Shown: positions 9,707 to 19,808, counted from the stretch's first letter. The stretch is 64,000 nt of DNA from Leptonemataceae bacterium (GCA_965227295.1 OZ245742.1:3872001-3936000), one strand, 5' to 3'. The notes: generated by a model not told the origin, from the letters alone. Made by a program: numbers and translations.

Positions 9707-11377
9707 GTGCAGCTATTTTCGGAAAAGTTTCTCGTCATCGACTACGGTACGACGCATATCAAGGGGGCGTTGCTGCAAAGCGGCGGCGGCTCGTATAAGA
9801 TCTTGCGTCTCGAAACGCTACCGCTGGTCTCCCTGCGCGGCGAAGAACTGGAAGGCGGCCTCGAAGAAGAAGAGGAACTCGACGAGTACGAGTACAACGT
9901 CATCCGTTTCGTGCAGTCCTTCTTTCCCGAGGAACAGAACTTTCTCCTCAACGTTCCCCTGGAACGCATTTATGTTCGCGACGTGCGCGTACCCGCCGTG
10001 AATCCGAAACAACTGGCGGAGATCATCCCGTTCGAGGTCGAAGGCGTGCTGCCGGTCTCCCTCGAAGAAGCCGAGGTCATCGGTCAGTCCTGGGAAACCG
10101 TCGGGGATAACTCCAGCGTCATCACCTTTACCGCGAAACACGACAGCCTCGAATCCGCGGTACGGCCGGTCCTGCGCGGCGAGACTTCGATCCGCATGCT
10201 CTCCGTGGACGCCGTGGGCCTGGCCGGCTTTGCGCGCCTTTTGCCGGTGGACGATTACCGCAATCGCATCGTCGGGCAGATCGACATCGGCGGCGAGTAC
10301 ACGATCTTCAACTGTCTCCAGGACGGACGACTCGTATTCACACGGCAATTGCCGTACGGCGGTCAAAGCGTTACGGAAACGATCGCCGAGATGTTGGGCA
10401 TCGATATCGAGAGCGCCGAGGTCAAGAAGCTCGACCTGGAATTGAACCTGGGCTACGATGAGAAGCTCGCCGCGAAACCGGACGCCTTCTTTAAAAGGCA
10501 CCGCATCGATAAAAAAGACTACGAGAAGATCATCAAGGCCCTGCGCGAGATCTTTGATGACCTGGCCGCGGAGATCGACCGTTCGATCCTGGCGCTGCCG
10601 TGCGAGAATCCCGTCGTTTTTTTCTTAAGTGGCGGCGGATCGATGTTAGGCGGCGTGCGGGAGTATCTCGAAGACCGCCTGGAGTACCGCGTGCAGCAGT
10701 ATCCCCTGGCGCTCACGTCCGGCCAGCCGGCGGCGGCCTGGGCCACGGCCCTGGGAACGGCCGAGCACTATCGTCAGAAGGCGCCGGAAAAATTCGACTT
10801 TCTGAACAGCCCGTTCGGTTCCACCCTGAAGGGCGGTCGCTTCAACGTCGGCATTTTCTCCACGCCGATTCTGTTCATCTCCGGCGCGGTGATCATTTTC
10901 CTGCTCGGCCTCTTGCTCAGCATCTGGCAGGACCGTCGGGAGATCCGTAAGTACCAGACCCAGGTGGCGCAGATCGCGCGGAATATTCCCGGCCTGGGGC
11001 AAAAGAACTCCGTCGAAGAATACCTTCGGTCGGCGCAGAAGATGTGTCGGGATCGTCTTGCTTCGGAAGCGGGCCAGGCCGGCGGGCCGCGGGTCCTGGA
11101 AGTATTGCAGACTCTCACCGAACTTACTCCCGGTCGCCAGGACATGGACTTTCGCTTCTCGAGTTTTCAGTACGACGATAAGTCCGTGCAGGTGGTCGCG
11201 GAACTGGCGGACATTACCCAGGTTCCGGTCATTGAACAGAAGTACCGCGAGAGCGCGCTCTTCAGCAACGTCGAGGTGGTGCGACCGAACGTACTACCGA
11301 ACGGTCGCGTCCGCCTGACGTTGACCCTGACACTCAAGGCCACCGGTGCGGGCGTGGCAAATCTGAGGTGCCGATAA
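9707..11377 (+). CDS. gspL: GspL (PilM-like actin-fold cytoplasmic domain + TM + PilN-like periplasmic domain)
   Basis: IDYGTTHIK, IDIGGEYT, LSGGGS actin-like motifs; single TM; operon position. Confidence 0.8.
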   Translation: MQLFSEKFLVIDYGTTHIKGALLQSGGGSYKILRLETLPLVSLRGEELEGGLEEEEELDEYEYNVIRFVQSFFPEEQNFLLNVPLERIYVRDVRVPAVNPKQLAEIIPFEVEGVLPVSLEEAEVIGQSWETVGDNSSVITFTAKHDSLESAVRPVLRGETSIRMLSVDAVGLAGFARLLPVDDYRNRIVGQIDIGGEYTIFNCLQDGRLVFTRQLPYGGQSVTETIAEMLGIDIESAEVKKLDLELNLGYDEKLAAKPDAFFKRHRIDKKDYEKIIKALREIFDDLAAEIDRSILALPCENPVVFFLSGGGSMLGGVREYLEDRLEYRVQQYPLALTSGQPAAAWATALGTAEHYRQKAPEKFDFLNSPFGSTLKGGRFNVGIFSTPILFISGAVIIFLLGLLLSIWQDRREIRKYQTQVAQIARNIPGLGQKNSVEEYLRSAQKMCRDRLASEAGQAGGPRVLEVLQTLTELTPGRQDMDFRFSSFQYDDKSVQVVAELADITQVPVIEQKYRESALFSNVEVVRPNVLPNGRVRLTLTLTLKATGAGVANLRCR

Positions 11378-11378
11378 G

Positions 11379-11876
11379 ATGCTGGATAAACTCGAACCCC
11401 GGGAAAGGATGCTGCTGTTCGGCGGCGTGGCCCTCGTCTTAACGGTGCTGTTGTTCTTCGGTGGCGCCCGCGTGCGGGAGATGCGCCAGCGTGTGAGTGA
11501 AGATGTCGCCGATAAGCGCGAGGCCGTGCAAACCATGCAACGACTCTCCGGCGCCATCTCTTCCATGAAGCCGCCCCAGGCCCTGCCGTCCAAGTCGCAG
11601 TTTTTTGCAAACGTAACGAACCTGCTGAGCCAGTACAATCTCAAAGGTTCCGGGGTGAATCAAAAAGAGCAGAGCGCACCGGGGCGGACGATCTACCAGG
11701 TCAGTATGACCATGCGGGCCGTGCGCATGGAGGATCTGCTGCGCTACCTGCACGCCATCGAATACGAACGCCGTGTGCCCGCGAACATCGATCGCATCCG
11801 TGTGAATCGTGCGGTTTCCGGACGTGAGGTTTACGACGTGAATCTCACGGTGAGCATATCGTTACCGGCGGAGTAG
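11379..11876 (+). CDS. gspM: GspM
   Basis: LEPRERMLL + TM + coiled coil + ferredoxin-like C-terminus. Confidence 0.8.
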   Translation: MLDKLEPRERMLLFGGVALVLTVLLFFGGARVREMRQRVSEDVADKREAVQTMQRLSGAISSMKPPQALPSKSQFFANVTNLLSQYNLKGSGVNQKEQSAPGRTIYQVSMTMRAVRMEDLLRYLHAIEYERRVPANIDRIRVNRAVSGREVYDVNLTVSISLPAE

Positions 11877-11888
11877 AACGGCCATATT

Positions 11889-12890
11889 ATGAACATCGAC
11901 GAACTGGAAGACGAAGAACTCGAGGACCTGGAAGTACCGGAGGAGGACGAGTTCGCTCCGGAGGGCGCGGACGAGGACGCGCTGCTGGAAGGCGACGACG
12001 AACCCGGCGACGAGTTCGAGGAGCCGCGGCTCACCCTGCGTCAGAAGATCGTCGTAACGCTGACGGTCTTTGTAAGTTTCATCTGGTTCTCGTTCGTTTT
12101 TTTCCCGTACGAAGAGGTCATTCGTTTTTCTCTGGCCGGCTTTTCGCGTCAGGTACAGATTGAATTCACTTCCATGGACCTCGGTTACTTTCGTACCACG
12201 GTCCGCGGTTTGCGCGTGCAATTGCCGGACGGCTCCATGCACGTCTCGGTGAAGGATCTGGATGCCGAGGAGGGCCTGGGCTCGTACATTACGTCGCGGT
12301 ATCAGGGACTCATGCGCATGCTCGGCGTTGAGTTCAGCACCCGGGACCTGGCTTTCGAGGCGGCGCGCCTGGACGTGAACCTGAATCTGGATGATGCCAG
12401 TGTTCCCCCGCGCATGTTCGAAGGACGCATCGGCATTCGCGGACAGAACATCAGCTTTTCCAAACTGCCCCTGGAAGGACTGCCCATCCCCGGCATCGAT
12501 CCCTCGGAACTTCAGATCAGCAGCCTGGAATTGAACATGGATTTCTCCAACGGCCAGGTAAACTTCCAGGACTCGCGCCTCGCCAGTGATCTCTTCTCCG
12601 TACGCCTGAGCGGAACCGGCCAGATGCAAAACTCCATCGGCACGACGATCCTGGACACCGAGATCTGTCTCGACCCCGTCGATGATTTGCAGGAACGCAA
12701 TCCGCAACTCTTCGGATTGATGCTCGCCATGGGCGGTTCGGCCGGCGGCGAAGTCTGTGCCGATCTCAACGGCCCGGTGGGCCGACCGGAATTCAAACTC
12801 CGCCGCCCCGAGTTCGGCGCCCCCGGTAATACGGGCACCGAGGAGGGAGCCCCATCCGGTGCGGAAACCACGGGAGCCGCGGGTACATAG
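11889..12890 (+). CDS. gspN: GspN with acidic N-terminal extension
   Basis: TM ending in FFPYEEV, beta-rich periplasmic part; last gene of the gsp run. Confidence 0.7.
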   Translation: MNIDELEDEELEDLEVPEEDEFAPEGADEDALLEGDDEPGDEFEEPRLTLRQKIVVTLTVFVSFIWFSFVFFPYEEVIRFSLAGFSRQVQIEFTSMDLGYFRTTVRGLRVQLPDGSMHVSVKDLDAEEGLGSYITSRYQGLMRMLGVEFSTRDLAFEAARLDVNLNLDDASVPPRMFEGRIGIRGQNISFSKLPLEGLPIPGIDPSELQISSLELNMDFSNGQVNFQDSRLASDLFSVRLSGTGQMQNSIGTTILDTEICLDPVDDLQERNPQLFGLMLAMGGSAGGEVCADLNGPVGRPEFKLRRPEFGAPGNTGTEEGAPSGAETTGAAGT

Positions 12891-12900
12891 CGAGAGAATC

Positions 12901-14097
12901 ATGCCGGCCGTCGCATCCTACAACATCAACACACGCCTTGTGTTGCGCTTGTTATGCGCCACAACGGTTTTGCTGTTCGCGACGTTGTCTGCGCATGCGG
13001 CCGAACCCGTGCACATTCCCGCCGTCGATGATGCGCCGCCGGTGCACATCCCGTCGCCCGCCGAACGCAGTCGCATCGAACAGAAACAAGACGAACCGAG
13101 CCGCGACTTTCCCGCGAGTGCCCTGGCCCTGTATCTCCAGCGCTTCGAACAGGAACTCGACGATCTCAGCCGTTCCGAGGACGATCTCGAAGCGGTCGTC
13201 CTCCAACGTCTCCGGGACGAACTGGATCTCACGCTGACGGCCGGCTGGTATCGCTTTGATCGGGATTGCCCGCTCGTCTACGATCCCGCGGAGCAGGGCG
13301 AAGACGTTCCGTACGTGAGCCTGGAAGTCAGTTGTGTGCCGGAGAACTATCGGCCGGATTTTATCCTGCGCCTGCATCGTACGAACGCCGTGAACGGCCG
13401 CGCCGCGGAATCGGAGAAGAAAGTCGAAGCAGCGAACGAGCAGCGTCGTATCGTGGTGGACTTCGCACAGTACGATTTGCTGCGCGGACTGCGGGAACAA
13501 CGCGAGTTCACCGGCGAGCTCTACCTGGAACGCGTGCTGCTGCGCGAGGGTTTTCGCATCTACTGGCGCTGGCTGCCCGGAAGCGTGGGTTACGCCAACG
13601 TGATCCTGGAAAGCCTGCGGGCCCGGTACCCGGACGTCTCCGAGGCGGAACTGCTGCATCCGGATACCTTACGCAAGAACACGGCGACGTTACTGCGGCG
13701 GCTCCAGGCCGAACTGGAACGCGAGGCGCAGGCGACCGGGGAACGTTCGTTACCCATGGAAGATTTTATCGCCGTGTTTCCGCCGGGGAGTTACCTGGAA
13801 TTCGGCCGGAGTTGTCCGTTGCGCGTGGCTGAATCCCTCGAACGCGAACCGGCCGCAGAATTTGAGCGGCTGCGCCTGGTGCTGACCTGTCTGGAGAACC
13901 AGGCCGCGGAGCGCCTGGGCCCGCACATCGAAATTCTACTGCCCCCGGGCTCGCCGACAGCGCGGGAACTGGCCTCATATCGCCCCGGAGAGCGGATCCT
14001 TGCCCGATTGCGTTTCCGGGAAATCCTGAAAATCGAGAACGGGCGTCAATATCGGCTGGTCTGGGATACGATAAAAGAAGTACAGGCCGATTCCTGA
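12901..14097 (+). CDS. Hypothetical exported protein with internal duplication
   Basis: ATG 12901; signal peptide ending AHA|AE; two F.R.CPL...L..C repeats; 1 nt from the next gene. Confidence 0.75.
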   Translation: MPAVASYNINTRLVLRLLCATTVLLFATLSAHAAEPVHIPAVDDAPPVHIPSPAERSRIEQKQDEPSRDFPASALALYLQRFEQELDDLSRSEDDLEAVVLQRLRDELDLTLTAGWYRFDRDCPLVYDPAEQGEDVPYVSLEVSCVPENYRPDFILRLHRTNAVNGRAAESEKKVEAANEQRRIVVDFAQYDLLRGLREQREFTGELYLERVLLREGFRIYWRWLPGSVGYANVILESLRARYPDVSEAELLHPDTLRKNTATLLRRLQAELEREAQATGERSLPMEDFIAVFPPGSYLEFGRSCPLRVAESLEREPAAEFERLRLVLTCLENQAAERLGPHIEILLPPGSPTARELASYRPGERILARLRFREILKIENGRQYRLVWDTIKEVQADS

Positions 14098-14098
14098 A

Positions 14099-15709
14099 AT
14101 GCGCGTTTTTATGTCTCACTCCGATTCATCGGCGGCCCCGTCGCGGCGGCCGTGGTTTCCGGCCCTGGTCGGCCCGGTCGGCCTGGCCCTGCTGTTCGTC
14201 ATCCCGCTCTTTGCCCAGAGCAATCAAGAAAAACCGGAGGATAACAAAATATCCGCCAGTGCGCGGACATCCCTCGTGCGGGTCGTGAAGACGTTGTACG
14301 ATGTCTCCGAGCCCTACAGTGCCCCGGAGGTTCGCGAGGTTTTCGGCAGCGCCGCGCAGCTCGGTTCCAACGTTTATCTGACCGACCTGGAACTCGTCCG
14401 TCACGCCACGGTGGTCCAGGTGTGGTCGCCGGAGCAGGTCCGCGAACCGGGAGCGCCGGAGCGCGAGATTCCCGCGGATGCATCCGTGCTGCATGCCGGC
14501 CGGGATTGTGGTCTCGCGATCATCGTAACCGGGGAGACGCTCGACCGCGACGCCGTGAATGCCGTACTGAAAGGGGCGGTGGAAACGTTCCCGGGGGGCG
14601 CCGGCATTCCCGTGGGCAGCGAGATCAGCGTGCACGGCTTTGATCGTCCCGGGGAAGCGCCGTCCGTGCGGCGGGTGCCGGTCAGCGCGCTACGCCCGGA
14701 GCTCATTGCCGGCAGTGACATTGACGAGCGCAGCATGGCGTTGATCCAGGAGCGTCCGGGCGGACCGGGCCTGTTGTACCGCGGCGGACCGGTGGCCGTG
14801 GGCGAACGCTGGCTCGGCATCTATCACGCGCCGTCCGATCTTACGCAAGCACGAGACAACCGTGCGTACGTGCTCGACGTTTCCGTGGTGCGTCGGTTTT
14901 TGCTCGATGCCTCGGACGGTCGTTACGAGGGCTTCGGTCACACCGGCGTCTACGTGCAACCGGTGCAGCGCGCGGCCGCGCGCAAGTACCTCGGTTTACC
15001 CCTGGACGGCGAAGAGAAGGACGTGGGTGTCCTGGTCCGGCGGGTGGATTATCGTTCGCCGGCGTGGGATCGTTTGCGTCCCGGCGACGTTTTGCTCTAC
15101 GTTGAAAATGAACCGGTGCACTCGCTGTCCGCGCGCATCGTTCTCAAAGAGCGCAGCCTGGAGATCGACGAGTACATTCGTGAGCGCAACGTGGAGACCA
15201 CGTTACGTCTGCTGCGCAACGGCCGCGTGTTACGCACGAAGGTTACGGCCTCGGTGTATCCCGGGCGCGATGTGCAGCGTGCGCGTGCCGTGCCGGAGCG
15301 CGCCTACTTCCTGGGCGGCGGCCTGGTCTTTCAGGAACTGGACTACGATCTCATTCACAATACCGAAGCCGGTCGCGTGCAGATGTTGCGCCACCGCTAC
15401 TTCGACTTTCTCAAGGAACGTTACAACGAGCAGGTGGACCGCGACGTCGTACTCACGGCGCGCCTGCCGGACGCGGTGAACGCCGGCACGGAGCAGTTCA
15501 TTCACGGCGTGGTGCACTCGGTGAACGGGCGGCGCATCCGTGATCTTAAAAGCTTCGCGGCGGAGTGGTCGTACGTTCGGGACGACTATGTCGTGATTCG
15601 TTTCATTGACCGCGGCGATCCGCTGGTCCTGAACTTCGACGAAGCGCGGCAGTCCGAAGAACGCATTGTGCGCAAGTATCAAATTCAGGAGAACGGCCGT
15701 GTGCGTTGA
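14099..15709 (+). CDS. Deg/HtrA-like trypsin-fold + tandem PDZ protein, catalytic triad apparently lost
   Basis: Signal peptide, RPGDVLLYVEN PDZ, YFLGGGLVFQEL second PDZ of the Deg2 type; LTDLELV/CGLAI/LYRGGP at the triad positions. Confidence 0.8.
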   Translation: MRVFMSHSDSSAAPSRRPWFPALVGPVGLALLFVIPLFAQSNQEKPEDNKISASARTSLVRVVKTLYDVSEPYSAPEVREVFGSAAQLGSNVYLTDLELVRHATVVQVWSPEQVREPGAPEREIPADASVLHAGRDCGLAIIVTGETLDRDAVNAVLKGAVETFPGGAGIPVGSEISVHGFDRPGEAPSVRRVPVSALRPELIAGSDIDERSMALIQERPGGPGLLYRGGPVAVGERWLGIYHAPSDLTQARDNRAYVLDVSVVRRFLLDASDGRYEGFGHTGVYVQPVQRAAARKYLGLPLDGEEKDVGVLVRRVDYRSPAWDRLRPGDVLLYVENEPVHSLSARIVLKERSLEIDEYIRERNVETTLRLLRNGRVLRTKVTASVYPGRDVQRARAVPERAYFLGGGLVFQELDYDLIHNTEAGRVQMLRHRYFDFLKERYNEQVDRDVVLTARLPDAVNAGTEQFIHGVVHSVNGRRIRDLKSFAAEWSYVRDDYVVIRFIDRGDPLVLNFDEARQSEERIVRKYQIQENGRVR

Positions 15710-17270
15710 TCGCCGGCGTTATCTACGGTACGCGTTGTTGTGCTACGTGGGGCTGGTCTTCGGTGTCGCGACGGCTCCGGTTGCTTTTGCTGACACGTCC
15801 GCCGATCTGCGCGCTCGTGTGGTGGAAGTCCGCACTACGTTTCGGAACATTCCGCACCGATCTCCCTGGCGTCGGGACGATCTCGGCCGGAGCCTTAGCC
15901 CCGCCGTGTATCTCGGCAAAGACGTCCTTTTGATGCTGGACCCGCACATCGAAAGCGCCATCGGCGCGGCCGTCCGTGTACCCGACGACCTGGAAGTTTC
16001 CGCCGGTGTCCTGGACTACGATCGCGAACTCCACGTTGCGTTGCTCGCCTTCGATGCCCAGAGCCGGGAGGCCTCACCGTTCAAAGGCAGTGTGCCGCTA
16101 ACTGCGATTGATCAGAAGTTTGCCTACGGACGCAGCGGTCAGCAGTTGAATCTGGTCGGTTACGCCGCGGACGACAGGACCCTGCGCAATCATACGGTTT
16201 TTTATTCCGGCGTCGGCGGCTCCATGGCCCCCGGTCACAGTCGAATGATCCCGGTCCTGCGCTTCAGCGGCTGGACCGCGGGCATTTCGCGCGGGGATCT
16301 GTTGTTTTCAGAGAACGGCCGGCTGGCCGGCATCGTTCTCGGTTTCAATCGCGAGGAGAACGAGGGCACGGCGCTGCCGGCCGCGTTGATTCAGGAGTAC
16401 GTGCGATCGTCGCTGGCCCGGGCCTCTGAGGTGGACGAGGTCCGCCCGGGTCGTCTGCCCCGGGAGGGAGAAACGGTGCTCGTGGACTCCGGTTTTCGTT
16501 ACGAGGCCCTTCCGGCGGAAACAGCGCGGCGTTATTACGGCCTGGATCCGGATACCAACGGGGCCCTGGTCACGGAGGTGCTGCCCTGGATGCGACCGCT
16601 GCGGGATCGCCTGGTGGAAGGTGACGTCATTCTAAGTATAGATGGTCGTAAGTTAAGCCCCGGTGCGACGTTGCAGGACGAAGTCCTGGGCCGGCTTCCG
16701 CTGGGGGCCGCCCTGGGTTTCGCAGACGGGAAACCGGTTCCGTCCGGCTCGCGGGTAAAGCTGCGGGTGGCGCGGGACCGGGAGATTCGCACGGTGGAGA
16801 TCGGACTGTACCCGTTTGCCCGGGAGTTCGTGCAGGTTCCCCGGGAGTATGCGCTGCCGCCGTACATCATCGTTGGTGGTCTGGTACTGACGGAGCTGAG
16901 TGAGCGCTACGTGAACGAGGGGGAATCGCCGGCGCACCTGAAGTATCTCGCACAGCGCTCGCGCATTGCGCCGGTGCCGGGCAATCGCCGCTTCGTCGTT
17001 CTGGATCGTGTGCTGCCCATCGAACAAAACCGCGGGGCGTACGTGCCCGGCACGCAGCGTGTCCTCGTCCTTTCGTTGAACAACATCGTCGTGCGCAACC
17101 TGGCGCATTTGCGCGAACTGATGATCGAAAACGAGCGTGAGGAAAAAGATCTGGCCTTCGGCATCGAAGGCGGCGGGCTCATCGTCATCGCTCACGATCA
17201 ACTCAACGACGCCGACACCCAGGTGCGTTCCGTGCACGGCATTCAGTTTCTCGAAGCCGGGCTGGAATAA
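15699..17270 (+). CDS. Second Deg/HtrA-like PDZ protein, catalytically degenerate
   Basis: GTG 15699 after AGGAGA; GDVILSIDG, YIIVGGLVLTELS; no GNSGG motif. Confidence 0.8.
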   Translation: MCVDRRRYLRYALLCYVGLVFGVATAPVAFADTSADLRARVVEVRTTFRNIPHRSPWRRDDLGRSLSPAVYLGKDVLLMLDPHIESAIGAAVRVPDDLEVSAGVLDYDRELHVALLAFDAQSREASPFKGSVPLTAIDQKFAYGRSGQQLNLVGYAADDRTLRNHTVFYSGVGGSMAPGHSRMIPVLRFSGWTAGISRGDLLFSENGRLAGIVLGFNREENEGTALPAALIQEYVRSSLARASEVDEVRPGRLPREGETVLVDSGFRYEALPAETARRYYGLDPDTNGALVTEVLPWMRPLRDRLVEGDVILSIDGRKLSPGATLQDEVLGRLPLGAALGFADGKPVPSGSRVKLRVARDREIRTVEIGLYPFAREFVQVPREYALPPYIIVGGLVLTELSERYVNEGESPAHLKYLAQRSRIAPVPGNRRFVVLDRVLPIEQNRGAYVPGTQRVLVLSLNNIVVRNLAHLRELMIENEREEKDLAFGIEGGGLIVIAHDQLNDADTQVRSVHGIQFLEAGLE

Positions 17271-17633
17271 AAACCGAGCAGCAACATAGCGCGGGCCGAC
17301 GCGGACGATCCGCCTTCGATCGAGGAACTGGCCGTGATCGCCGATCTGTCTCCGTCGCGCCTTGCGCATGTGTTTAAGGATCGTGTCGACATTCCCCTGC
17401 GTTCCCTGCGGACCTGGTTTCGCCTCAAAGTCGCGACGATCTGGCTGCGGCGCGGCTATTCGCTTACGGATGCCGCCGTGGCTGCGGGCTTTTATGATCA
17501 GGCGCATTTCTCGCACCAGTTCCGGAAGATGTTCGGCATTCAACCGTCCTTGATCTTTCGCGGTGACGCGGAAGTGCGCTGGTGGATCGAGAGTGAGGAG
17601 TTGACGTTGCGCCTGGCGGACGATGTGTTATAG
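17271..17633 (+). pseudogene. AraC-family regulator remnant (C-terminal HTH only)
   Basis: SIEELAVIADLSPSRLAHVFK...SLTDAAVAAGFYDQAHFSHQFRKMFG; no N-terminal sensor domain and no good start codon. Confidence 0.7.
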
Positions 17634-17763
17634 TACCTTGCAGTACCACACGCCGCTGATCTGTACATCGAAGCCGGCTTTTTCGCAGGCTCGCCGCGCC
17701 GGTGCATGCGCAGGATCGCCGCCGGTGTTACTTCGTAGGGATTCTCTCTGGGACTTCTTTCAC

Positions 17764-17791
17764 TTGACAGTCCGCGCGCTTTGCCCACGCT
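17764..17791 (+). promoter_or_regulatory. Possible sigma70 promoter of smpB
   Basis: Perfect TTGACA at 17764, weak -10 (CACGCT) 16 nt later. Confidence 0.3.
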
Positions 17792-17826
17792 GGCATGTTC
17801 GCCGCATTCAGCAACGGCAATCCGCC

Positions 17827-18315
17827 ATGGGCAAGAAAAACAAAAAAGACGACGCGAAGTCCGGCCCTCCGTTCATCGACAACAAGAAGGCGCGCCGCAA
17901 TTATGAGATCCTCGATACCTTCGAGGCGGGCATTGTATTGATGGGCACGGAAGTGAAGTCGCTGCGGGCCGGCCAGGCGAACATCTCCGAGGCCTACGCC
18001 GTGCCGCAGCAAGGCGAGATGTTCTTGCTGAACGCGCACATCAGCCCGTACGCCAACGGCGGGGCGTTCAATCACGAAGAGACACGTACGCGCAAGTTGC
18101 TCTTAAAGAAAGCGCAGATTGAGAAGCTCTACTCCCGCGTGCGGGAAAAACGGCTGACCGTGGTGCCGCTCAAGATGTACTTCAACGAGCGCGGAAAAGT
18201 CAAATTGCTTCTGGGCGTGGGGCGCGGTAAGAAACTTACCGACAAGCGCGAAAGCGAAAAGAAAAACGAGGCCCAGCGCGAGATTGCCCGCTCCCTGCGG
18301 GATGCCGGGCACTAG
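17827..18315 (+). CDS. smpB: SsrA-binding protein SmpB
   Basis: NKKARRNYEILDTFEAGIVLMGTEVKSLR, RTRKLLL, GKKLTDKRE. Confidence 0.97.
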   Translation: MGKKNKKDDAKSGPPFIDNKKARRNYEILDTFEAGIVLMGTEVKSLRAGQANISEAYAVPQQGEMFLLNAHISPYANGGAFNHEETRTRKLLLKKAQIEKLYSRVREKRLTVVPLKMYFNERGKVKLLLGVGRGKKLTDKRESEKKNEAQREIARSLRDAGH

Positions 18316-18332
18316 ATCGCGGCACAAACATT

Positions 18333-19808
18333 ATGTCATCCTCCGTAACACGCACTCGCAAGAAGTTACCACGCGTAGCCCTGGTGGGACGCCGCAATGT
18401 GGGCAAGTCCACGTTGCTGAACGCCCTCTACGGCCGTCGCCGGGCCATCACCGACGCGCACGCGGGGCTCACCCGGGACGTCCTGGAAGTCGAGGTGCGC
18501 CGCGGTCCGTATCATTTTCTTTTGTGCGATACGCCGGGCCTGGACGTCGAGAACCCGGACGAGATCGAAGGCGCGGCGGTGGAACGCGCGCGCGCCTTCA
18601 TCCGTGAGGTGGATCTGGTGCTCTTTTTGTTCGAAGCGCCGGCGCCGGCGGCGTTCGATCATGAATTCCTGGAACTCATTCGCAAAGGACAGGACGATGC
18701 GACGCCGCCCACGGTCTTTGCGGTAAACAAGGTCGACGGCAGCGAACAGGCCGACGACGTCATGGCCGAGTTTTACGAGGCCGGCGTGCCCGAGTTCACG
18801 CCGGTATCCGCGAAGGGACGCTGGAACCTGGATACGCTGCTCGAAAACATGGAGACGGTGCTGCCGGCTTTGCGTTCGCCGCATGCGCAGGAAGATGTGC
18901 CCGCCGGTGAAAAAAAGAAACACCATCGCAAGCGCGAAAAAGATCTGAATACGAACCGCGAGGACAGCACGGTTATCTCCGACAGCGGCGCGGCCGAGAC
19001 GCGCATCGCCGTCGTGGGCCGACCGAACGCCGGTAAATCGTCGCTGCTCAATCGTTTCGCCGGTCGCGAGGTCGCCCTGGTTTCCGACGTCGCCGGCACC
19101 ACGCGCGACACAGTCGATACGATCTTCAACTACCACGGCCAGGCCATTCGGGTCGTCGATACCGCGGGCATGCGGCGGCCGGGTAAGCTGCGTGATCCGC
19201 GGCAGCGGGTGGACTTTTATTCGGTGTCACGCACGAAACGCGCCATTCGCGATTGTCGCGTGGTGGTGCACGTGATCGACGCCACCGTCGGCGTAACCGA
19301 TTTCGACAAAAAGATCTCGGCTTTGATTCGAGAGTACGGGCGGCCCGTGGTCATCGCCGTCAACAAGTGGGACGCCTACCAGAAAGACGAGAAACACGAT
19401 CGCACGTTGGACGAGTTCCGCGATCGCATGGAGTTTTTGTTTCCGCACGTGAAGAAGATTCCCATCGTCTTTTGCTCGGCGCTCACCGGCCAGCGGGTGG
19501 GCAAGATCATCGAAACCGCGCTGGACCTGGAAAAACGCATGCAGGTGCGCGCGCCCACGGGAGAGCTCAACCGCAGCGTGGAGCGCTGGCTGCGCCGGGC
19601 GCCCGGCAGCGTTCGGGGCCTGAAAATCCTTTACGTGAACCAGGCCGACGTGGAGCCGCCGGTCTTTGTATTCTTCGTGAATCGTAAGAAAGAGTTTCGC
19701 GGCGACATGCTGCGCTACTTTGAGAACCGTCTGCGTGAGCAATATCGTCTGGACGGCATACCCCTGCGTATTTTTGTGAGGGAGAAGGACAAAGCCGAGG
19801 CGTCATGA
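18333..19808 (+). CDS. der: Ribosome biogenesis GTPase Der (EngA)
   Basis: Two GTPase domains (GRRNVGKS/DTPG/NKVD; GRPNAGKS/DTAG/NKWD) and a KH-like C-terminus. Confidence 0.95.
   Translation: MSSSVTRTRKKLPRVALVGRRNVGKSTLLNALYGRRRAITDAHAGLTRDVLEVEVRRGPYHFLLCDTPGLDVENPDEIEGAAVERARAFIREVDLVLFLFEAPAPAAFDHEFLELIRKGQDDATPPTVFAVNKVDGSEQADDVMAEFYEAGVPEFTPVSAKGRWNLDTLLENMETVLPALRSPHAQEDVPAGEKKKHHRKREKDLNTNREDSTVISDSGAAETRIAVVGRPNAGKSSLLNRFAGREVALVSDVAGTTRDTVDTIFNYHGQAIRVVDTAGMRRPGKLRDPRQRVDFYSVSRTKRAIRDCRVVVHVIDATVGVTDFDKKISALIREYGRPVVIAVNKWDAYQKDEKHDRTLDEFRDRMEFLFPHVKKIPIVFCSALTGQRVGKIIETALDLEKRMQVRAPTGELNRSVERWLRRAPGSVRGLKILYVNQADVEPPVFVFFVNRKKEFRGDMLRYFENRLREQYRLDGIPLRIFVREKDKAEAS

Noticed and set aside
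17268..17270. Programmed readthrough fusing the Deg-like protein to AraC
   Set aside because: The stop is TAA, and an exported protein fused to a DNA-binding domain makes little sense; in-frame placement has a 1-in-3 chance.
17634..17826. tmRNA or tRNA next to smpB
   Set aside because: The gap is too short and has no GGGGC.../TTCGA..CCA ends or cloverleaf.
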